Shown here in pieces: positions 58,067 through 64,000 of a stretch of DNA of 64,000 nucleotides. The notes below the pieces were generated by a model. That model ran no database searches, was not told the DNA's origin, and worked only from the letters and a program-made list of their open reading frames with translations. Location: NCBI GenBank assembly GCA_964578175.1, contig CAZOBH010000001.1, positions 3,198 to 67,197 on the forward strand. Reading direction: 5' to 3'. Position numbers and translations under genes: made by a program. Within the stretch, counting starts at the first letter, position 1, and each line of letters starts with the position of its first letter. This DNA is from an uncultured Clostridium sp. GTDB taxonomy: Bacteria > Bacillota_I > Bacilli_A > RF39 > UBA660.

Positions 58067-58204
58067 TTATCAACAACTTATCAACAAATTTATCCACTAT
58101 TATAAGCTTTTATTTTCAATAAATAAAGGAGTTTTCCACATTTTCCACAAATTTTAATTAACAAGCAAATTTTAGTTTTAAACAACCATGTTGAAAATGT
58201 TAAT
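58067..58204 (+). other. oriC, dnaA-upstream DnaA-box cluster
   Basis: Five same-orientation boxes: TTATCAACA (58067-58075, 58078-58086), TTATCCACT (58090-58098) and TTTTCCACA (58132-58140, 58141-58149). One inverted TGTTGAAAA lies at 58189-58197. The consensus is TTATNCACA. Confidence 0.8.
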
Positions 58205-58217
58205 TAATAATTTTATG

Positions 58218-58247
58218 TTGACAATTATCTTGAAATATTATTATAAT
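58218..58247 (+). promoter_or_regulatory. SigA-type promoter of the rpmH-rnpA operon
   Basis: TTGACA (58218-58223), an 18-nt spacer, then TATAAT (58242-58247). Confidence 0.7.
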
Positions 58248-58275
58248 AATGGAGATTTTAATTTGGAGGTGTATT

Positions 58276-58398
58276 ATGAAAAGAACTTATCAACCTAATA
58301 ATAGAAAAAGAGCTAAAAAACATGGATTTTTTTCACGTGTAAAAGGAAAAGTATTAAATAGTCGTAGAAGAAAAGGAAGAAAAGTTTTAGCAAAATAA
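58276..58398 (+). CDS. rpmH: 50S ribosomal protein L34 (40 aa, below the ORF-track size cut-off)
   Basis: Own translation gives [40 protein letters not shown], with a GGAGGTG RBS 5 nt upstream. Canonical position before rnpA. Confidence 0.92.
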   Translation: MKRTYQPNNRKRAKKHGFFSRVKGKVLNSRRRKGRKVLAK

Positions 58399-58448
58399 TA
58401 CTGCTGGTAACAGTGGTTTTTTTATTATATAATGAAACTGGTGATTAG

Positions 58449-58778
58449 ATGAAAAAAAGATATATTGTAAAAAATCAATATGAATTTACTAATATTATTA
58501 AAACATCTAAATATTATAGAAGGTCAATGTTCACTATATATATTAAGGATAATAACTTAGAATATTCGAGATTTGGAATATCAGTTGCAACTAAGATTGG
58601 TAATGCTGTTATAAGAAATAAAGTAAAAAGACAAATGAGAAATATAATAGATAATAGTAAAAATGTCTATAAAAAAAATTTAGATTATATTATAATAGTT
58701 AAGACTAATTATTTAAATTACTCATATGAAGAAGTATTAAATGAATATAGTGAAGTAATAAAATATATTAATAAATAG
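58449..58778 (+). CDS. rnpA: Ribonuclease P protein component
   Basis: 109 aa and basic, with the RNR-type motif AVIRNKVKRQMRNI. It follows rpmH. Confidence 0.9.
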   Translation: MKKRYIVKNQYEFTNIIKTSKYYRRSMFTIYIKDNNLEYSRFGISVATKIGNAVIRNKVKRQMRNIIDNSKNVYKKNLDYIIIVKTNYLNYSYEEVLNEYSEVIKYINK

Positions 58779-58787
58779 GAGTTTTAT

Positions 58788-59705
58788 ATGCATAAAAAGA
58801 AATTATTTGTTTTAGTTCTAGTATTATTATTGTTAACAGGATGTACTAAAACATTAAAAGTAGATGACAAAATAATAAAAAATGAAGAAACAGGTCAAAC
58901 ATTAACACAAAATATATTATGTAGACCTACAGATAAGAATTTATTAAAGATTTATGAAAAGTATGAAAAAGAGACTAAAGTAAGTAAGTTACCTGAATGT
59001 ACTGATTTTAAAGCAAATTCAGGACATGATGAAGGATTATGGACAAATATATTTGTTAAACCATTAGCTTGGTTAATAATTAAACTAGGAGGAATAGTTA
59101 AAAATTATGGTTTAGCATTAATAATTGCAGGTTTAGCAATTAGATTATTGACTTTCCCATTAACACAAAAAACAGCTATGCAATCTGAACTTATTGCAAA
59201 AGCACAACCTGAATTAGATAGAATTGAGAAAAAATATGATGGAAAAGATGATCAAGAATCAATGTTAAAGAAGTCTCAAGAAATTGGTTTAGTATATAAA
59301 AAATTTAATATTAATCCATTTGCTGGATGTTTATATGCTTTTATACAATTACCAATATTTATTGCTTTCTTTGAGGGAATTCAAAGAGTACCAGTAATTT
59401 TTGAAGATAAATTCTTAACATTAAATCTAGGAGTAACACCAGCTGTTGCTTTATCACAAGGTAATTTTCAATATATAATAATTATAATTATTCTTGGATT
59501 AATTACATATTTCTCATTTAAATTTAATGCTACATCATCTCAAAAAAATCCACAAACTCAAATAATGAATAAATCAATGGTAGTTATGATAATTGTTATG
59601 TCATTATTTATGTCTACAGCAATAGATATATATTGGTTAACAAGTAACTCATTTACAATAGTTCAAAATTTATTAATTAAGAGGAGGAAAATAGATGTTA
59701 AATAA
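58788..59705 (+). CDS. yidC: Membrane protein insertase YidC/SpoIIIJ (lipoprotein type)
   Basis: Lipobox LLLLTGC and the conserved 60-kDa IMP core (PLTQKTAMQS...PFAGCLYAFIQLPIFIAFF). Confidence 0.92.
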   Translation: MHKKKLFVLVLVLLLLTGCTKTLKVDDKIIKNEETGQTLTQNILCRPTDKNLLKIYEKYEKETKVSKLPECTDFKANSGHDEGLWTNIFVKPLAWLIIKLGGIVKNYGLALIIAGLAIRLLTFPLTQKTAMQSELIAKAQPELDRIEKKYDGKDDQESMLKKSQEIGLVYKKFNINPFAGCLYAFIQLPIFIAFFEGIQRVPVIFEDKFLTLNLGVTPAVALSQGNFQYIIIIIILGLITYFSFKFNATSSQKNPQTQIMNKSMVVMIIVMSLFMSTAIDIYWLTSNSFTIVQNLLIKRRKIDVK

Positions 59706-60309
59706 GTATGAATTTTCAGGGAAAAGTATTGATGAAGTAAAAAATCAAGCTTTATCTGAATTAAATGAAAAAGAAGAAAACCTTATAATTAATGAAAAAG
59801 AAACAAAGGGTGGATTATTTAAAGGAAAAAAGATTGAATTAGAAGTATATAAGAAAGAAGAAATAGTATCTTATATAAAAGAAGCAATTAAAAAGATAGC
59901 AAGTGATATGGGATTAGATTGCAAAATAGAAACAAAAATGAGAGATGGAATGTTAAACATATCATTATATAGTGATAATAATAATATATTAATTGGAAAA
60001 AATGGTAGAACAATAGATGCTTTATCAACTATAGTAAAACAAATGGTACATAATGAAATAGGAGTTATGTATAAGTTTAATTTAGATGTTGGTGATTACA
60101 AAGTAAAACAACAAAAAAGAATAGAATCACTAGCAAAAAGAACAGCTAGAGAAGTATCTAGAAGCAAAATTGCTGCTAAATTAGATCCAATGAATTCATA
60201 TGAAAGAAGAATAATTCATAATGCATTAAATGATCACAAGTACGTATATACAGAAAGTGAAGGGGAAGAGCCTAATAGATGCGTTGTTATTAAACCAAGA
60301 GAAGATTAG
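59695..60309 (+). CDS. jag: Jag/KhpB RNA-binding protein (Jag_N + KH + R3H)
   Basis: KH-like GKNGRTIDALSTIVKQM, R3H region SYERRIIHNAL, and its position after yidC. Confidence 0.88.
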   Translation: MLNKYEFSGKSIDEVKNQALSELNEKEENLIINEKETKGGLFKGKKIELEVYKKEEIVSYIKEAIKKIASDMGLDCKIETKMRDGMLNISLYSDNNNILIGKNGRTIDALSTIVKQMVHNEIGVMYKFNLDVGDYKVKQQKRIESLAKRTAREVSRSKIAAKLDPMNSYERRIIHNALNDHKYVYTESEGEEPNRCVVIKPRED

Positions 60310-60369
60310 AGATAATTATTCTCTTTTTTTTATTTATATGATACAATATGTTGGATTTGGGGTGATAAT

Positions 60370-61725
60370 ATGCACGATACTATAGCTTGTATATCAACAG
60401 CACTAGGAATAGGAGCAATTTCAATAGTTCGAGTAAGCGGAGAAGACTCAATTAATATAGTTAATTCAATTTTTAAAGGAAAAGATTTAAACAAAGTCGA
60501 AAGTCATACTATTAATTATGGTCATATTATTGATAAGAGTGAAATAATAGATGAAGTATTGGTTAGTGTAATGAAAGCACCAAAAACATTTACTACAGAG
60601 GATATAGTAGAAATTAACTGTCATGGTGGAATTGCAACAACAAATAAAGTGCTTGAATTATTGCTTTTAAAAGGTGCAAGATTAGCAACTCCAGGAGAAT
60701 TTACAAAAAGGGCATTTTTAAATGGTAGAATAGATTTAGTAGAAGCTGAATCAGTAATGGATGTAATAAATGCAAAAACAGACCAATCACGAAAATTATC
60801 TATTAATCAATTAGATGGAAGAGTAAGTAAAATAATAAAAGATTTTAGACAAGAATTATTGGAATTAATAGCTAATATTGAAGTTAATATTGATTACCCA
60901 GAATATGAAGATATAGAAGAAATTACTATTGATAGTATAAAAAAAGAAATGAATAACATTGAAACTAAAATGAATAAAATAGTTAAAGAGAGTGAAAATG
61001 GTAAATTAATAAGAGATGGAATAAAAACAGTTATAGTTGGAAGGCCAAATGTAGGAAAAAGTAGTATATTAAATAGATTATTAAATGAAGAAAAAGCAAT
61101 TGTTACAGATATAGAAGGAACTACTAGAGATATAGTAGAAGGAGAAATAAATATAGATGGAATTATATTAAAATTAGTTGATACTGCTGGAATTAGAGAT
61201 ACTGAAGATAAAATAGAAAAAATTGGGGTAGAGAGAAGTTATAAAGAGATAGATGAAGCTGATCTAGTTATAATGGTTCTTAATAATAATGAAAAATTAA
61301 CCGATTATGATAAAGAATTACTTAATAAAATAAAGGATAAGAATAACATAATAGTTATAAATAAAAGTGATTTAGATAGTAACATAGATATAGAAAGTAT
61401 AGAGTCAGATAATATTATTAAAATTAATACTATAGAAGAGAAAGAAATAGATAAATTAAGAGATAAAATAAAAGAAATATTTAATTTAGATAACATAAAT
61501 AGTGGAGATTTTACGTATTTAAGTAATGCAAGACAAATAGTTCTTGCTAAAGAAAGTCTAGAAATAGTAGAAGAAATAAAAGAAGCATTAAAAAGAAATG
61601 ATCCGGTTGATTTAATAGAAATAGATATAAAAATGATTTGGAATAAATTAGGTGAAATTACCGGAGATAATTATGACGATGAATTAATCGATCAATTATT
61701 CAGTCAATTTTGTTTAGGAAAGTAA
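60370..61725 (+). CDS. mnmE: tRNA modification GTPase MnmE
   Basis: DTIACIST...ISIVRVSG, G1 motif GRPNVGKSS, DTAGIR, and the C-terminal FCLGK. Confidence 0.95.
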   Translation: MHDTIACISTALGIGAISIVRVSGEDSINIVNSIFKGKDLNKVESHTINYGHIIDKSEIIDEVLVSVMKAPKTFTTEDIVEINCHGGIATTNKVLELLLLKGARLATPGEFTKRAFLNGRIDLVEAESVMDVINAKTDQSRKLSINQLDGRVSKIIKDFRQELLELIANIEVNIDYPEYEDIEEITIDSIKKEMNNIETKMNKIVKESENGKLIRDGIKTVIVGRPNVGKSSILNRLLNEEKAIVTDIEGTTRDIVEGEINIDGIILKLVDTAGIRDTEDKIEKIGVERSYKEIDEADLVIMVLNNNEKLTDYDKELLNKIKDKNNIIVINKSDLDSNIDIESIESDNIIKINTIEEKEIDKLRDKIKEIFNLDNINSGDFTYLSNARQIVLAKESLEIVEEIKEALKRNDPVDLIEIDIKMIWNKLGEITGDNYDDELIDQLFSQFCLGK

Positions 61726-63593
61726 GTGATTATGTGTACGATATTATAGTAGTAGGTGGTGGTCATGCAGGATGTGAAGCATCTTTAGCAGGAGCCAGAA
61801 TGAATAATAAAACTTTATTAGTTACGGGTAGAATTGGAAACATAGCTGATATGCCTTGTAATCCTTCAATAGGAGGACCAGCTAAAGGAATTGTTGTAAG
61901 AGAAATAGATGCATTAGGTGGAGAAATGGGTAAAAATACTGATAAAAGTTTTCTCCAAATGAAAATGTTAAATACTAAAAAAGGAATAGCGGTTCAAGCA
62001 CTTCGTGCTCAAGCAGATAAAAAAACATATAAAGAAGAAATGTTAAAAACATTGCAAAGTACTGATAATTTAACTATTAAAGAGGGAATGGTAGAAGATT
62101 TAATTGTTGAAGATAAAAAAGTAAAAGGAATTATTTTGAGTACTGGAGAAAAGATTGAAAGTAAAACAGTTATATTAACTACAGGTACATATTTAAAAGG
62201 TGCAATATTATATGGATCTACAAAATATAGTGGTGGTCCACATGGTGAAGAACCATCATTACATTTAAGTGATAAATTAAAAGATTATGGATTTACTATA
62301 AAAAGATTAAAAACTGGAACTCCACCAAGAATAGAGAAAGAAAGTATAGATTTTTCGAAAACAAAATTAGAACCAGGAGACAGTGTATGTCATAATTTTT
62401 CCTTTTCAAATAAAATTGAGTACGATGTTAATGAACAAGTACCATGTCATTTAATATATACAACACCAGAAACCCATAAAATAATAAATGAAAACTTAGA
62501 TAAATCTAGTATGTATGGAGGATATGTTGAAGGAGTAGGACCTAGATATTGTCCATCAATTGAAGATAAAGTTGTAAGATTTAAAGATAAAGAAAGACAT
62601 CAATTATTTTTAGAACCAGAAAGTTTATCTTATGATGATATATATTTACAAGGATTTTCAACTAGTATGCCTCATGATGTACAAGAAAAAATGGTCCATT
62701 CATTACCAGGATTAGAAAATGCAAAGATTTTAAAATATGCATACGCAATTGAGTATGATGCAATAGATTCAATGCAATTAAAACCTAGTTTAGAAACGAA
62801 AGTATTAGAAAACTTATTTACTGCTGGACAAATTAATGGAACTAGTGGATATGAAGAAGCAGCAGGACAAGGACTTATAGCGGGAATTAATGCAGCATTA
62901 AAGATTAAAAATAAGAAACCATTGATATTAAAAAGAAACGAAGCATATATAGGTGTCTTAATAGATGATTTAATTGTTAAAGGAGTAATAGATCCTTATA
63001 GATTATTAACATCTAGAGCTGAATATAGATTATTACTTAGAAACGATAACGCAGATATAAGACTTAGAGAATATGGTTATGAAATTGGTTTAGTTAGTAA
63101 AGAAGATTATGAAAAATATAAGAATAAAATTAATAATATAGACAAACTTACTAAAGAGTTACAATCCATAAAAATGACACCAGGAGATGAGAGTAATAAG
63201 TTTTTAGATAATTTAAAATCACCAAGATTATTGGATGGAATAAAATTATATGATTTATTAAAAAGAACAGAAGTTAAAATAAGTGATTTAATTCCATATA
63301 TAACTAGTGAGTATGAAGATGAAGTACTTGAACAAGTAGAAATTAATTGTAAATATGAAGGATACATAAAAAAAGAACTAAAAGAAGTTAATAAAATGTT
63401 AGAATATGAAGAAATATCTATTCCTGAAGATATTGATTATAATAAAGTTACTAATTTAGCTAGTGAAGCAAGACAAAAACTTGATGAAATAAGACCAATA
63501 ACAGTTGGACAAGCTGGAAGAATTAGTGGAGTAAATCCAGCAGATATTAATGTACTTATGATGTATTTAAAAAAGGGAAAACAAAATGGATAG
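61710..63593 (+). CDS. mnmG: tRNA uridine 5-carboxymethylaminomethyl modification enzyme MnmG
   Basis: YDIIVVGGGHAGCEA FAD motif with full-length GidA similarity. The start is uncertain: TTG at 61710 (track) or GTG at 61734. Confidence 0.93.
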   Translation: MFRKVSDYVYDIIVVGGGHAGCEASLAGARMNNKTLLVTGRIGNIADMPCNPSIGGPAKGIVVREIDALGGEMGKNTDKSFLQMKMLNTKKGIAVQALRAQADKKTYKEEMLKTLQSTDNLTIKEGMVEDLIVEDKKVKGIILSTGEKIESKTVILTTGTYLKGAILYGSTKYSGGPHGEEPSLHLSDKLKDYGFTIKRLKTGTPPRIEKESIDFSKTKLEPGDSVCHNFSFSNKIEYDVNEQVPCHLIYTTPETHKIINENLDKSSMYGGYVEGVGPRYCPSIEDKVVRFKDKERHQLFLEPESLSYDDIYLQGFSTSMPHDVQEKMVHSLPGLENAKILKYAYAIEYDAIDSMQLKPSLETKVLENLFTAGQINGTSGYEEAAGQGLIAGINAALKIKNKKPLILKRNEAYIGVLIDDLIVKGVIDPYRLLTSRAEYRLLLRNDNADIRLREYGYEIGLVSKEDYEKYKNKINNIDKLTKELQSIKMTPGDESNKFLDNLKSPRLLDGIKLYDLLKRTEVKISDLIPYITSEYEDEVLEQVEINCKYEGYIKKELKEVNKMLEYEEISIPEDIDYNKVTNLASEARQKLDEIRPITVGQAGRISGVNPADINVLMMYLKKGKQNG

Positions 63594-64000
63594 AAATGAA
63601 TTTATAAGAGAAATTAAAAAACTTGGAATAGAATTAAATGACAGGCAATTAAATCAGTTAAACGAGTTTTATAAAATATTAATAGAATGGAATGAAAAAA
63701 TAAATTTAACTACAATTACTGAAGAAAAGGAAGTTTATTTAAAACATTTTTATGATAGTTTAACTTTATATAGAGATATTGATTTAAACAAGAACTTAAC
63801 AATATGTGATGTAGGTACAGGAGCTGGTTTCCCTGGTATAGTTTTAAAAATAGTTTTTCCTAATTTAAAAGTTGTTTTAATAGATTCATTAAATAAAAGA
63901 GTTATTTATTTAAAAGATGTAATAGATAGACTAGGTTTAAAAGATATAGAAGCAATACACACAAGAATGGAAGATTATTCAAAAGAATTCCCTGAAAAAT
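63586..64000 (+). CDS. rsmG: 16S rRNA (guanine527-N7)-methyltransferase, N-terminal ~138 codons (runs off the right edge)
   Basis: Own translation gives MDRNEFIREIKKLGIELNDRQLNQLNEFYKILIEWNEKINLTTIT...DVGTGAGFPGIVLKI. The start overlaps the mnmG stop. Confidence 0.9.
   Translation, partial: MDRNEFIREIKKLGIELNDRQLNQLNEFYKILIEWNEKINLTTITEEKEVYLKHFYDSLTLYRDIDLNKNLTICDVGTGAGFPGIVLKIVFPNLKVVLIDSLNKRVIYLKDVIDRLGLKDIEAIHTRMEDYSKEFPEK

Noticed and set aside
58329-58344. parS-like sequence TTTTTCACGTGTAAAA inside rpmH
   Set aside because: It has three mismatches to TGTTTCACGTGAAACA, including the specificity position 2. It is most simply explained by the conserved L34 codons for FFSRVK.
1-64000. Mollicute-type genetic code (TGA = Trp), suggested by the very low GC content and the CIRCE-lon link
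   Set aside because: holB and dnaX end with TGA at positions that fit the conserved protein ends and the downstream RBS/start spacing. All conserved genes are also intact under the standard code.
1-64000. Search for CRISPR arrays, IS elements/transposases, integrases, prophage genes, tRNA and rRNA genes
   Set aside because: I could find no spaced direct-repeat arrays, no terminal inverted repeats flanking ORFs, no recombinase-like ORFs, and no GC-rich structured-RNA islands apart from the SRP RNA and the T-box leader.

Overview
This is a very AT-rich, tightly packed, origin-proximal chromosome segment from a cell-walled low-GC Firmicute. The gene order is Bacillus-like. The standard genetic code applies, because TGA is used as a stop (holB, dnaX). 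The replication origin lies at about 56.4-58.3 kb: dnaA-dnaN-(comK-like)-recF-gyrB-gyrA run leftwards on the minus strand, and rpmH-rnpA-yidC-jag-mnmE-mnmG-rsmG run rightwards on the plus strand. Left of the origin, every gene except lemA is on the minus strand. These are mostly housekeeping genes: an SRP RNA, tadA, dnaX-ybaB-recR-holB-ricT, rsmI, pth, mfd, T-box-controlled metG, tatD, yabE-like, rsmA, a sigA-type sigma factor, spoVG, DHH-rplI-dnaB, pta, argS, rpoE, prfA-prmC, murA, rpmE, tagO, hpf, secA and CIRCE-controlled lon. I found no rRNA, tRNA, CRISPR array, transposase or integrase. The most interesting signal is non-coding. The largest intergenic gap (48031-48579, between tadA and dnaX) holds an interleaved array of three perfect ParB parS palindromes and three to four Noc-binding-site (NBS) palindromes. 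Other items worth a second look are a four-gene membrane operon (solute-binding+vWA / XpaC-like / solute-binding-like / SPFH), a neighbouring large protein with a transglutaminase-like Cys-His-Asp core, a roughly 130-aa insertion inside region 4 of the primary-type sigma factor, and a ComK-family gene sitting between dnaN and recF.
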